A stretch of DNA of 64,000 nt from Eledone cirrhosa (taxonomy: Eukaryota), in contig OZ024740.1 of the NCBI GenBank assembly GCA_964016885.1, forward strand, positions 418,314,001 through 418,378,000, written 5' to 3'. A program made the position numbers and the translations under genes. Under the pieces are notes generated by a model. That model saw only the letters and a list, made by a program, of their open reading frames with translations. It ran no database searches and was not told where the DNA came from. The stretch's first letter is position 1. Each line of letters starts with the position of its first letter. Shown in pieces: positions 6,493 through 21,300 of the stretch.

Positions 6493-9400
6493 GCAACAAA
6501 TAAGTCCATATGGCTGGGTATGGCTCTCTCCGATACTTTAACAGTTTCATGCAACAAATAAGTCCATATAGCTGGGTATGGCTCTCTCCGATACTTTAAC
6601 AGTTTCATGCAACAAATAAGTCCATATGGCTGGGTATGGCTCTCTCCGATACTTTAACAGTTTCATGCAACAAATAAGTCCATATGGCTGGGTATGGCTC
6701 TCTCAGTCACTTTAACAGTTTCATGCAACAAATAAGTCCATATGGCTGGGTATGGCTCTCTCCGATACTTTAACAGTTTCATGCAACAAATAAGTCCATA
6801 TGGCTGGGTATGGCTCTCTCAGTCACTTTAACAGTTTCATGCAACAAATAAGTCCATATGGCTGGGTATGGCTCTCTCCGATACTTTAACAGTTTCATGC
6901 AACAAATAAGTCCATATGGCTGGGTATGGCTCTCTCAGTCACTTTAACAGTTTCATGCAACAAATAAGTCCATATAGCTGGGTATGGCTCTCTCAGTCAC
7001 TTTAACAGTTTCATGCAACAAATAAGTCCATATGGCTGGGTATGGCTCTCTCAGTCACTTTAACAGTTTCATGCAACAAATAAGTCCATATGGCTGGGTA
7101 TGGCTCTCTCAGTCACTTTAACAGTTTCATGCAACAAATAAGTCCATATGGCTGGGTATGGCTCTCTCAGTCACTTTAACAGTTTCATGCAACAAATAAG
7201 TCCATATGGCTGGGTATGGCTCTCTCCGATACTTTAACAGTTTCATGCAACAAATAAGTCCATATGGCTGGGTATGGCTCTCTCCGATACTTTAACAGTT
7301 TCATGCAACAAATAAGTCCATATAGCTGGGTATGGCTCTCTCAGTCACTTTAACAGTTTCATGCAACAAATCAGTCCATATAGCTGGGTATGGCTCTCTC
7401 AGTCACTTTAACAGTTTCATGCAACAAATAAGTCCATATAGCTGGGTATGGCTCTCTCAGTCACTTTAACAGTTTCATGCAACAAATAAGTCCATATGGC
7501 TGGGTATGGCTCTCTCAGTCACTTTAACAGTTTCATGCAACAAATAGGTCCATATAGCTGGGTATGGCTCTCTCCGATACTTTAACAGTTTCATGCAACA
7601 AATAAGTCCATATGGCTGGGTATGGCTCTCTCAGTCACTTTAACAGTTTCATGCAACAAATAAGTCCATATGTCTGGGTATGGCTCTCTCCGATACTTTA
7701 ACAGTTTCATGCAACAAATAAGTCCATATGGCTGGGTATGGCTCTCTCAGTCACTTTAACAGTTTCATGCAACAAATAAGTCCATATGGCTGGGTATGGC
7801 TCTCTCCGATACTTTAACAGTTTCATGCAACAAATAAGTCCATATGGCTGGGTATGGCTCTCTCAGTCACTTTAACAGTTTCATGCAACAAATAAGTCCA
7901 TATGGCTGGGTATGGCTCTCTCCGATACTTTAACAGTTTCATGCAACAAATAAGTCCATATGGCTGGGTATGGCTCTCACAGTCACTTTAACAGTTTCAT
8001 GCAACAAATAAGTCCATATAGCTGGGTATGGCTCTCTCAGTCACTTTAACAGTTTCATGCAACAAATAAGTCCATATGGCTGGGTATGGCTCTCTCAGTC
8101 ACTTTAACAGTTTCATGCAACAAATAAGTCCATATAGCTGGGTATGGCTCTCTCAGTCACTTTAACAGTTTCATGCAACAAATAAGTCCATATGGCTGGG
8201 TATGGCTCTCTCCGATACTTTAACAGTTTCATGCAACAAATAAGTCCATATAGCTGGGTATGGCTCTCTCAGTCACTTTAACAGTTTCATGCAACAAATA
8301 AGTCCATATGGCTGGGTATGGCTCTCTCAGTCACTTTAACAGTTTCATGCAACAAATAAGTCCATATAGCTGGGTATGGCTCTCTCAGTCACTTTAACAG
8401 TTTCATGCAACAAATAAGTCCATATGGCTGGGTATGGCTCTCTCCGATACTTTAACAGTTTCATGCAACAAATAAGTCCATATGGCTGGGTATGGCTCTC
8501 TCAGTCACTTTAACAGTTTCATGCAACAAATAAGTCCATATGGCTGGGTATGGCTCTCTCAGTCACTTTATCAGTTTCATGCAACAAATAAGTCCATATA
8601 GCTGGGTATGGCTCTCTCAGTCACTTTAACAGTTTCATGCAACAAATAAGTCCATATGGCTAGGTATGGCTCTCTCAGTCACTTTAACAGTTTCATGCAA
8701 CAAATAAGTCCATATAGCTGGGTATGGCTCTCTCAGTCACTTTAACAGTTTCATGCAACAAATAAGTCCATATGGCTGGGTATGGCTCTCTCAGTCACTT
8801 TAACAGTTTCATGCAACAAATAAGTCCATATAGCTGGGTATGGCTCTCTCCGATACTTTAACAGTTTCATGCAACAAATAAGTCCATATGGCTGGGTATG
8901 GCTCTCTCAGTCACTTTAACAGTTTCATGCAACAAATAAGTCCATATGGCTGGGTATGGCTCTCTCAGTCACTTTAACAGTTTCATGCAACAAATAAGTC
9001 CATATGGCTGGGTATGGCTCTCTCCGATACTTTAACAGTTTCATGCAACAAATAAGTCCATATAGCTGGGTATGGCTCTCTCAGTCACTTTAACAGTTTC
9101 ATGCAACAAATAAGTCCATATGGCTGGGTATGACTCTCTCCGATACTTTAACAGTTTCATGCAACAAATAAGTCCATATGGCTGGGTATGGCTCTCTCAG
9201 TCACTTTAACAGTTTCATGCAACAAATAAGTCCATATGGCTGGGTATGGCTCTCTCCGATACTTTAACAGTTTCATGCAACAAATAAGTCCATATGGCTG
9301 GGTATGGCTCTCTCAGTCACTTTAACAGTTTCATGCAACAAATAAGTCCATATGGCTGGGTATGACTCTCTCCGATACTTTAACAGTTTCATGCAACAAA

Positions 9401-11675
9401 TAAGTCCATATGGCTGGGTATGGCTCTCTCAGTCACTTTAACAGTTTCATGCAACAAATAAGTCCATATGGCTGGGTATGACTCTCTCCGATACTTTAAC
9501 AGTTTCATGCAACAAATAAGTCCATATGACTGGGTATGGCTCTCTCAGTCACTTTAACAGTTTCATGCAACAAATAAGTCCATATGGCTGGGTATGGCTC
9601 TCTCCGATACTTTAACAGTTTCATGCAACAAATAAGTCCATATGGCTGGGTATGGCTCTCTCAGTCACTTTAACAGTTTCATGCAACAAATAAGTCCATA
9701 TGGCTGGGTATGACTCTCTCCGATACTTTAACAGTTTCATGCAACAAATAAGTCCATATGGCTGGGTATGGCTCTCTCAGTCACTTTAACAGTTTCATGC
9801 AACAAATAAGTCCATATGGCTGGGTATGACTCTCTCCGATACTTTAACAGTTTCATGCAACAAATAAGTCCATATGACTGGGTATGGCTCTCTCAGTCAC
9901 TTTAACAGTTTCATGCAACAAATAAGTCCATATGGCTGGGTATGGCTCTCTCCGATACTTTAACAGTTTCATGCAACAAATAAGTCCATATAGCTGGGTA
10001 TGGCTCTCTCAGTCACTTTAACAGTTTCATGCAACAAATAAGTCCATATGGCTGGGTATGACTCTCTCCGATACTTTAACAGTTTCATGCAACAAATAAG
10101 TCCATATGGCTGGGTATGGCTCTCTCAGTCACTTTAACAGTTTCATGCAACAAATAAGTCCATATAGCTGGGTATGGCTCTCTCAGTCACTTTAACAGTT
10201 TCATGCAACAAATAAGTCCATATGGCTGGGTATGACTCTCTCCGATACTTTAACAGTTTCATGCAACAAATAAGTCCATATAGCTGGGTATGGTTCTCTC
10301 AGTCACTTTAACAGTTTCATGCAACAAATAAGTCCATATGGCTGGGTATGGCTCTCTCAGTCACTTTAACAGTTTCATGCAACAAATAAGTCCATATAGC
10401 TGGGTATGGCTCTCTCAGTCACTTTAACAGTTTCATGCAACAAATAAGTCCATATGGCTGGGTATGGCTCTCTCAGTCACTTTAACAGTTTCATGCAACA
10501 AATAAGTCCATATAGCTGGGTATGGCTCTCTCAGTCACTTTAACAGTTTCATGCAACAAATCAGTCCATATGGCTGGGTATGGCTCTCTCAGTCACTTTA
10601 ACAGTTTCATGCAACAAATAAGTCCATATGGCTGGGTATGGCTCTCTCCGTCACTTTAACAGTTTCATGCAACAAATAAGTCCATATGGCTGGGTATGGC
10701 TCTCTCAGTCACTTTAACAGTTTCATGCAACAAATAAGTCCATATAGCTGGGTATGGCTCTCTCAGTCACTTTAACAGTTTCATGCAACAAATAAGTCCA
10801 TATGGCTGGGTATGGCTCTCTCAGTCACTTTAACAGTTTCATGCAACAAATAAGTCCATATGGCTGGGTATGGCTCTCTCAGTCACTTTAACAGTTTCAT
10901 GCAACAAATAAGTCCATATAGCTGGGTATGGCTCTCTCCGATACTTTAACAGTTTCATGCAACAAATAAGTCCATATGGCTGGGTATGGCTCTCTCCGAT
11001 ACTTTAACAGTTTCATGCAACAAATAAGTCCATATAGCTGGGTATGGCTCTCTCCGATACTTTAACAGTTTCATGCAACAAATAAGTCCATATAGCTGGG
11101 TATGGCTCTCTCCGATACTTTAACAGTTTCATGCAACAAATAAGTCCATATCGCTGGGTATGGCTCTCTCCGATACTTTAACAGTTTCATGCAACAAATA
11201 AGTCCATATGGCTGGGTATGGCTCTCTCCGATACTTTAACAGTTTCATGCAACAAATAAGTCCATATGGCTGGGTATGGCTCTCTCCGATACTTTAACAG
11301 TTTCATGCAACAAATAAGTCCATATAGCTGGGTATGGCTCTCTCCGATACTTTAACAGTTTCATGCAACAAATAAGTCCATATGGCTGGGTATGGCTCTC
11401 TTCGATACTTTAACAGTTTCATGCAACAAATAAGTCCATATGGCTGGGTATGGCTCTCTCCGATACTTTAACAGTTTCATGCAACAAATAAGTCCATATA
11501 GCTGGGTATGGCTCTCTCCGATACTTTAACAGTTTCATGCAACAAATAAGTCCATATGGCTGGGTATGGCTCTCTCAGTCACTTTAACAGTTTCATGCAA
11601 CAAATAAGTCCATATAGCTGGGTATGGCTCTCTCAGTCACTTTAACAGTTTCATGCAACAAATAAGTCCATATGG

Positions 11676-11796
11676 CTTATTTGTTGCATGAAACTGTTAA
11701 AGTGACTGAGGTATCCTTATTTTCTAAAATATAATATAATAAAATTGGATAAGATTCATTAACTAAAAAATATTATTGTAACCATATTTACTATGT
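11676..11796. other. Satellite interruption 1: 35-bp inverted monomer segment + 86-bp unique AT-rich insert
   Basis: 11676-11710 is the reverse complement of 11632-11666; 11711-11796 is non-satellite; the array resumes at CAACAAATAAG (11797). Confidence 0.95.
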
Positions 11797-14700
11797 CAAC
11801 AAATAAGTCCATATGGCTGGGTATGGCTCTCTCAGTCACTTTAACAGTTTCATGCAACAAATAAGTCCATATGGCTGGGTATGGCTCTCTCAGTCACTTT
11901 AACAGTTTCATGCAACAAATGAGTTCATATGGCTGGGTATGGCTCTCTCAGTCACTTTAACAGTTTCATGCAACAAATAAGTCCATATAGCTGGGTATGG
12001 CTCTCTCAGTCACTTTAACAGTTTCATGCAACAAATAAGTCCATATAGCTGGGTATGGCTCTCTCAGTCACTTTAACAGTTTCATGCAACAAATAAGTCC
12101 ATATAGCTGGGTATGGCTCTCTCAGTCACTTTAACAGTTTCATGCAACAAATAAGTCCATATAGCTGGGTATGGCTCTCACAGTCACTTTAACAGTTTCA
12201 TGCAACAAATAAGTCCATATAGCTGGGTATGGCTCTCTCAGTCACTTTAACAGTTTCATGCAACAAATAAGTCCATATGGCTGGGTATGGCTCTCACAGT
12301 CACTTTAACAGTTTCATGCAACAAATAAGTCCATATGGCTGGGTATGGCTCTCACAGTCACTTTAACAGTTTCATGCAACAAATAAGTCCATATAGCTGG
12401 GTATGGCTCTCACAGTCACTTTAACAGTTTCATGCAACAAATAAGTCCATATAGCTGGGTATGGCTCTCTCAGTCACTTTAACAGTTTCATGCAACAAAT
12501 AAGTCCATATGGCTGGGTATGGCTCTCTCAGTCACTTTAACAGTTTCATGCAACAAATAAGTCCATATAGCTGGGTATGGCTCTCTCAGTCACTTTAACA
12601 GTTTCATGCAACAAATAAGTCCATATAGCTGGGTATGGCTCTCTCAGTCACTTTAACAGTTTCATGCAACAAATAAGTCCATATGGCTGGGTATGGCTCT
12701 CACAGTCACTTTAACAGTTTCATGCAACAAATAAGTCCATATGGCTGGGTATGGCTCTCACAGTCACTTTAACAGTTTCATGCAACAAATAAGTCCATAT
12801 AGCTGGGTATGGCTCTCACAGTCACTTTAACAGTTTCATGCAACAAATAAGTCCATATAGCTGGGTATGGCTCTCTCAGTCACTTTAACAGTTTCATGCA
12901 ACAAATAAGTCCATATAGCTGGGTATGGCTCTCTCAGTCACTTTAACAGTTTCATGCAACAAATAAGTCCATATAGCTGGGTATGGCTCTCTCAGTCACT
13001 TTAACAGTTTCATGCAACAAATAAGTCCATATAGCTGGGTATGGCTCTCACAGTCACTTTAACAGTTTCATGCAACAAATAAGTCCATATAGCTGGGTAT
13101 GGCTCTCACAGTCACTTTAACAGTTTCATGCAACAAATAAGTCCATATAGCTGGGTATGGCTCTCACAGTCACTTTAACAGTTTCATGCAACAAATAAGT
13201 CCATATAGCTGGGTATGGCTCTCTCAGTCACTTTAACAGTTTCATGCAACAAATAAGTCCATATGGCTGGGTATGGCTCTCTCAGTCACTTTAACAGTTT
13301 CATGCAACAAATAAGTCCATATGGCTGGGTATGGCTCTCTCAGTCACTTTAACAGTTTCATGCAACAAATAAGTCCATATAGCTGGGTATGGCTCTCTCA
13401 GTCACTTTAACAGTTTCATGCAACAAATAAGTCCATATGGCTGGGTATGGCTCTCTCAGTCACTTTAACAGTTTCATGCAACAAATAAGTCCATATAGCT
13501 GGGTATGGCTCTCTCAGTCACTTTAACAGTTTCATGCAACAAATAAGTCCATATAGCTGGGTATGGCTCTCTCAGTCACTTTAACAGTTTCATGCAACAA
13601 ATAAGTCCATATAGCTGGGTATGGCTCTCTCAGTCACTTTAACAGTTTCATGCAACAAATCAGTCCATATGGCTGGGTATGGCTCTCTCAGTCACTTTAA
13701 CAGTTTCATGCAACAAATAAGTCCATATAGCTGGGTATGGCTCTCTCAGTCACTTTAACAGTTTCATGCAACAAATAAGTCCATATAGCTGGGTATGGCT
13801 CTCTCAGTCACTTTAACAGTTTCATGCAACAAATAAGTCCATATGGCTGGGTATGGCTCTCCCCGATACTTTAACAGTTTCATGCAACAAATAAGTCCAT
13901 ATGGCTGGGTATGGCTCTCTCAGTCACTTTAACAGTTTCATGCAACAAATAAGTCCATATAGCTGGGTATGGCTCTCTCAGTCACTTTAACAGTTTCATG
14001 CAACAAATAAGTCCATATAGCTGGGTATGGCTCTCTCAGTCACTTTAACAGTTTCATGCAACAAATAAGTCCATATGGCTGGGTATGGCTCTCCCCGATA
14101 CTTTAACAGTTTCATGCAACAAATAAGTCCATATGGCTGGGTATGGCTCTCTCAGTCACTTTAACAGTTTCATGCAACAAATAAGTCCATATAGCTGGGT
14201 ATGGCTCTCACAGTCACTTTAACAGTTTCATGCAACAAATAAGTCCATATAGCTGGGTATGGCTCTCTCAGTCACTTTAACAGTTTCATGCAACAAATAA
14301 GTCCATATAGCTGGGTATGGCTCTCTCAGTCACTTTAACAGTTTCATGCAACAAATAAGTCCATATGGCTGGGTATGGCTCTCCCCGATACTTTAACAGT
14401 TTCATGCAACAAATAAGTCCATATGGCTGGGTATGGCTCTCTCAGTCACTTTAACAGTTTCATGCAACAAATAAGTCCATATAGCTGGGTATGGCTCTCA
14501 CAGTCACTTTAACAGTTTCATGCAACAAATAAGTCCATATAGCTGGGTATGGCTCTCTCAGTCACTTTAACAGTTTCATGCAATAAATAAGTCCATATGG
14601 CTGGGTATGGCTCTCTCAGTCACTTTAACAGTTTCATGCAACAAATAAGTCCATATGGCTGGGTATGGCTCTCTCCGATACTTTAACAGTTTCATGCAAC

Positions 14701-17700
14701 AAATAAGTCCATATGGCTGGGTATGGCTCTCTCAGTCACTTTAACAGTTTCATGCAACAAATAAGTCCATATAGCTGGGTATGGCTCTCACAGTCACTTT
14801 AACAGTTTCATGCAACAAATAAGTCCATATAGCTGGGTATGGCTCTCTCAGTCACTTTAACAGTTTCATGCAACAAATAAGTCCATATGGCTGGGTATGG
14901 CTCTCTCATTCACTTTAACAGTTTCATGCAACAAATAAGTCCATATAGCTGGGTATGGCTCTCTCAGTCACTTTAACAGTTTCATGCAACAAATAAGTCC
15001 ATATAGCTGGGTATGGCTCTCTCAGTCACTTTAACAGTTTCATGCAACAAATAAGTCCATATAGCTGGGTATGGCTCTCTCAGTCACTTTAACAGTTTCA
15101 TGCAACAAATAAGACCATATGGCTGGGTATGGCTCTCTCAGTCACTTTAACAGTTTCATGCAACAAATAAGTCCATATGGCTGGGTATGGCTCTCTCCGA
15201 TACTTTAACAGTTTCATGCAACAAATAAGTCCATATGGCTGGGTATGGCTCTCTCAGTCACTTTAACAGTTTCATGCAACAAATAAGTCCATATAGCTGG
15301 GTATGGCTCTCACAGTCACTTTAACAGTTTCATGCAACAAATAAGTCCATATAGCTGGGTATGGCTCTCTCAGTCACTTTAACAGTTTCATGCAACAAAT
15401 AAGTCCATATGGCTGGGTATGGCTCTCTCAGTCACTTTAACAGTTTCATGCAACAAATAAGTCCATATAGCTGGGTATGGCTCTCACAGTCACTTTAACA
15501 GTTTCATGCAACAAATAAGTCCATATAGCTGGGTATGGCTCTCTCAGTCACTTTAACAGTTTCATGCAACAAATAAGTCCATATGGCTGGGTATGGCTCT
15601 CACAGTCACTTTAACAGTTTCATGCAACAAATAAGTCCATATGGCTGGGTATGGCTCTCTCAGTCACTTTAACAGTTTCATGCAACAAATAAGTCCATAT
15701 AGCTGGGTATGGCTCTCTCAGTCACTTTAACAGTTTCATGCAACAAATAAGTCCATATGGCTGGGTATGGCTCTCTCCGATACTTTAACAGTTTCATGCA
15801 ACAAATAAGTCCATATGGCTGGGTATGGCTCTCTCAGTCACTTTAACAGTTTCATGCAACAAATAAGTCCATATGGCTGGGTATGGCTCTCTCAGTCACT
15901 TTATCAGTTTCATGCAACAAATAAGTCCATATAGCTGGGTATGGCTCTCTCAGTCACTTTAACAGTTTCATGCAACAAATAAGTCCATATGGCTAGGTAT
16001 GGCTCTCTCAGTCACTTTAACAGTTTCATGCAACAAATAAGTCCATATAGCTGGGTATGGCTCTCTCAGTCACTTTAACAGTTTCATGCAACAAATAAGT
16101 CCATATGGCTGGGTATGGCTCTCTCAGTCACTTTAACAGTTTCATGCAACAAATAAGTCCATATAGCTGGGTATGGCTCTCTCCGATACTTTAACAGTTT
16201 CATGCAACAAATAAGTCCATATGGCTGGGTATGGCTCTCTCAGTCACTTTAACAGTTTCATGCAACAAATAAGTCCATATGGCTGGGTATGGCTCTCTCA
16301 GTCACTTTAACAGTTTCATGCAACAAATAAGTTCATATGGCTGGGTATGGCTCTCTCCGATACTTTAACAGTTTCATGCAACAAATAAGTCCATATGACT
16401 GGGTATGGCTCTCTCAGTCACTTTAACAGTTTCATGCAACAAATAAGTCCATATGGCTGGGTATGGCTCTCTCCGATACTTTAACAGTTTCATGCAACAA
16501 ATAAGTCCATATAGCTGGGTATGGCTCTCTCAGTCACTTTAACAGTTTCATGCAACAAATAAGTCCATATGGCTGGGTATGACTCTCTCCGATACTTTAA
16601 CAGTTTCATGCAACAAATAAGTCCATATGGCTGGGTATGGCTCTCTCAGTCACTTTAACAGTTTCATGCAACAAATAAGTCCATATAGCTGGGTATGGCT
16701 CTCTCAGTCACTTTAACAGTTTCATGCAACAAATAAGTCCATATGGCTGGGTATGACTCTCTCCGATACTTTAACAGTTTCATGCAACAAATAAGTCCAT
16801 ATAGCTGGGTATGGTTCTCTCAGTCACTTTAACAGTTTCATGCAACAAATAAGTCCATATGGCTGGGTATGGCTCTCTCAGTCACTTTAACAGTTTCATG
16901 CAACAAATAAGTCCATATAGCTGGGTATGGCTCTCTCAGTCACTTTAACAGTTTCATGCAACAAATAAGTCCATATGGCTGGGTATGGCTCTCTCAGTCA
17001 CTTTAACAGTTTCATGCAACAAATAAGTCCATATAGCTGGGTATGGCTCTCTCAGTCACTTTAACAGTTTCATGCAACAAATCAGTCCATATGGCTGGGT
17101 ATGGCTCTCTCAGTCACTTTAACAGTTTCATGCAACAAATAAGTCCATATGGCTGGGTATGGCTCTCTCCGTCACTTTAACAGTTTCATGCAACAAATAA
17201 GTCCATATGGCTGGGTATGGCTCTCTCAGTCACTTTAACAGTTTCCTGCAACAAATAAGTCCATATAGCTGGGTATGGCTCTCTCAGTCACTTTAACAGT
17301 TTCATGCAACAAATAAGTCCATATGGCTGGGTATGGCTCTCTCAGTCACTTTAACAGTTTCATGCAACAAATAAGTCCATATGGCTGGGTATGGCTCTCT
17401 CAGTCACTTTAACAGTTTCATGCAACAAATAAGTCCATATAGCTGGGTATGGCTCTCTCCGATACTTTAACAGTTTCATGCAACAAATAAGTCCATATGG
17501 CTGGGTATGGCTCTCTCCGATACTTTAACAGTTTCATGCAACAAATAAGTCCATATAGCTGGGTATGGCTCTCTCCGATACTTTAACAGTTTCATGCAAC
17601 AAATAAGTCCATATAGCTGGGTATGGCTCTCTCCGATACTTTAACAGTTTCATGCAACAAATAAGTCCATATCGCTGGGTATGGCTCTCTCCGATACTTT

Positions 17701-18196
17701 AACAGTTTCATGCAACAAATAAGTCCATATGGCTGGGTATGGCTCTCTCCGATACTTTAACAGTTTCATGCAACAAATAAGTCCATATGGCTGGGTATGG
17801 CTCTCTCCGATACTTTAACAGTTTCATGCAACAAATAAGTCCATATAGCTGGGTATGGCTCTCTCCGATACTTTAACAGTTTCATGCAACAAATAAGTCC
17901 ATATGGCTGGGTATGGCTCTCTTCGATACTTTAACAGTTTCATGCAACAAATAAGTCCATATGGCTGGGTATGGCTCTCTCCGATACTTTAACAGTTTCA
18001 TGCAACAAATAAGTCCATATAGCTGGGTATGGCTCTCTCCGATACTTTAACAGTTTCATGCAACAAATAAGTCCATATGGCTGGGTATGGCTCTCTCAGT
18101 CACTTTAACAGTTTCATGCAACAAATAAGTCCATATAGCTGGGTATGGCTCTCTCAGTCACTTTAACAGTTTCATGCAACAAATAAGTCCATATGG

Positions 18197-18317
18197 CTTA
18201 TTTGTTGCATGAAACTGTTAAAGTGACTGAGGTATCCTTATTTTCTAAAATATAATATAATAAAATTGGATAAGATTCATTAACTAAAAAATATTATTGT
18301 AACCATATTTACTATGT
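18197..18317. other. Satellite interruption 2 (identical copy)
   Basis: Same sequence as 11676-11796, offset +6521. Confidence 0.95.
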
Positions 18318-21300
18318 CAACAAATAAGTCCATATGGCTGGGTATGGCTCTCTCAGTCACTTTAACAGTTTCATGCAACAAATAAGTCCATATGGCTGGG
18401 TATGGCTCTCTCAGTCACTTTAACAGTTTCATGCAACAAATGAGTTCATATGGCTGGGTATGGCTCTCTCAGTCACTTTAACAGTTTCATGCAACAAATA
18501 AGTCCATATAGCTGGGTATGGCTCTCTCAGTCACTTTAACAGTTTCATGCAACAAATAAGTCCATATAGCTGGGTATGGCTCTCTCAGTCACTTTAACAG
18601 TTTCATGCAACAAATAAGTCCATATAGCTGGGTATGGCTCTCTCAGTCACTTTAACAGTTTCATGCAACAAATAAGTCCATATAGCTGGGTATGGCTCTC
18701 ACAGTCACTTTAACAGTTTCATGCAACAAATAAGTCCATATAGCTGGGTATGGCTCTCTCAGTCACTTTAACAGTTTCATGCAACAAATAAGTCCATATG
18801 GCTGGGTATGGCTCTCACAGTCACTTTAACAGTTTCATGCAACAAATAAGTCCATATGGCTGGGTATGGCTCTCACAGTCACTTTAACAGTTTCATGCAA
18901 CAAATAAGTCCATATAGCTGGGTATGGCTCTCACAGTCACTTTAACAGTTTCATGCAACAAATAAGTCCATATAGCTGGGTATGGCTCTCTCAGTCACTT
19001 TAACAGTTTCATGCAACAAATAAGTCCATATGGCTGGGTATGGCTCTCTCAGTCACTTTAACAGTTTCATGCAACAAATAAGTCCATATAGCTGGGTATG
19101 GCTCTCTCAGTCACTTTAACAGTTTCATGCAACAAATAAGTCCATATAGCTGGGTATGGCTCTCTCAGTCACTTTAACAGTTTCATGCAACAAATAAGTC
19201 CATATGGCTGGGTATGGCTCTCACAGTCACTTTAACAGTTTCATGCAACAAATAAGTCCATATGGCTGGGTATGGCTCTCACAGTCACTTTAACAGTTTC
19301 ATGCAACAAATAAGTCCATATAGCTGGGTATGGCTCTCACAGTCACTTTAACAGTTTCATGCAACAAATAAGTCCATATAGCTGGGTATGGCTCTCTCAG
19401 TCACTTTAACAGTTTCATGCAACAAATAAGTCCATATAGCTGGGTATGGCTCTCTCAGTCACTTTAACAGTTTCATGCAACAAATAAGTCCATATAGCTG
19501 GGTATGGCTCTCTCAGTCACTTTAACAGTTTCATGCAACAAATAAGTCCATATAGCTGGGTATGGCTCTCACAGTCACTTTAACAGTTTCATGCAACAAA
19601 TAAGTCCATATAGCTGGGTATGGCTCTCACAGTCACTTTAACAGTTTCATGCAACAAATAAGTCCATATAGCTGGGTATGGCTCTCACAGTCACTTTAAC
19701 AGTTTCATGCAACAAATAAGTCCATATAGCTGGGTATGGCTCTCTCAGTCACTTTAACAGTTTCATGCAACAAATAAGTCCATATGGCTGGGTATGGCTC
19801 TCTCAGTCACTTTAACAGTTTCATGCAACAAATAAGTCCATATGGCTGGGTATGGCTCTCTCAGTCACTTTAACAGTTTCATGCAACAAATAAGTCCATA
19901 TAGCTGGGTATGGCTCTCTCAGTCACTTTAACAGTTTCATGCAACAAATAAGTCCATATGGCTGGGTATGGCTCTCTCAGTCACTTTAACAGTTTCATGC
20001 AACAAATAAGTCCATATAGCTGGGTATGGCTCTCTCAGTCACTTTAACAGTTTCATGCAACAAATAAGTCCATATAGCTGGGTATGGCTCTCTCAGTCAC
20101 TTTAACAGTTTCATGCAACAAATAAGTCCATATAGCTGGGTATGGCTCTCTCAGTCACTTTAACAGTTTCATGCAACAAATCAGTCCATATGGCTGGGTA
20201 TGGCTCTCTCAGTCACTTTAACAGTTTCATGCAACAAATAAGTCCATATAGCTGGGTATGGCTCTCTCAGTCACTTTAACAGTTTCATGCAACAAATAAG
20301 TCCATATAGCTGGGTATGGCTCTCTCAGTCACTTTAACAGTTTCATGCAACAAATAAGTCCATATGGCTGGGTATGGCTCTCCCCGATACTTTAACAGTT
20401 TCATGCAACAAATAAGTCCATATGGCTGGGTATGGCTCTCTCAGTCACTTTAACAGTTTCATGCAACAAATAAGTCCATATAGCTGGGTATGGCTCTCTC
20501 AGTCACTTTAACAGTTTCATGCAACAAATAAGTCCATATAGCTGGGTATGGCTCTCTCAGTCACTTTAACAGTTTCATGCAACAAATAAGTCCATATGGC
20601 TGGGTATGGCTCTCCCCGATACTTTAACAGTTTCATGCAACAAATAAGTCCATATGGCTGGGTATGGCTCTCTCAGTCACTTTAACAGTTTCATGCAACA
20701 AATAAGTCCATATAGCTGGGTATGGCTCTCACAGTCACTTTAACAGTTTCATGCAACAAATAAGTCCATATAGCTGGGTATGGCTCTCTCAGTCACTTTA
20801 ACAGTTTCATGCAACAAATAAGTCCATATAGCTGGGTATGGCTCTCTCAGTCACTTTAACAGTTTCATGCAACAAATAAGTCCATATGGCTGGGTATGGC
20901 TCTCCCCGATACTTTAACAGTTTCATGCAACAAATAAGTCCATATGGCTGGGTATGGCTCTCTCAGTCACTTTAACAGTTTCATGCAACAAATAAGTCCA
21001 TATAGCTGGGTATGGCTCTCACAGTCACTTTAACAGTTTCATGCAACAAATAAGTCCATATAGCTGGGTATGGCTCTCTCAGTCACTTTAACAGTTTCAT
21101 GCAACAAATAAGTCCATATGGCTGGGTATGGCTCTCACAGTCACTTTAACAGTTTCATGCAACAAATAAGTCCATATAGCTGGGTATGGCTCTCACAGTC
21201 ACTTTAACAGTTTCATGCAACAAATAAGTCCATATGGCTGGGTATGGCTCTCACAGTCACTTTAACAGTTTCATGCAACAAATAAGTCCATATAGCTGGG

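Noticed and set aside
6159-6503. 98-aa (-) and 68-aa (+) ORFs as intact genes
   Set aside because: The minus ORF covers only the middle frame of a frameshifted RLE retrotransposon relic; the plus ORF is its antisense.
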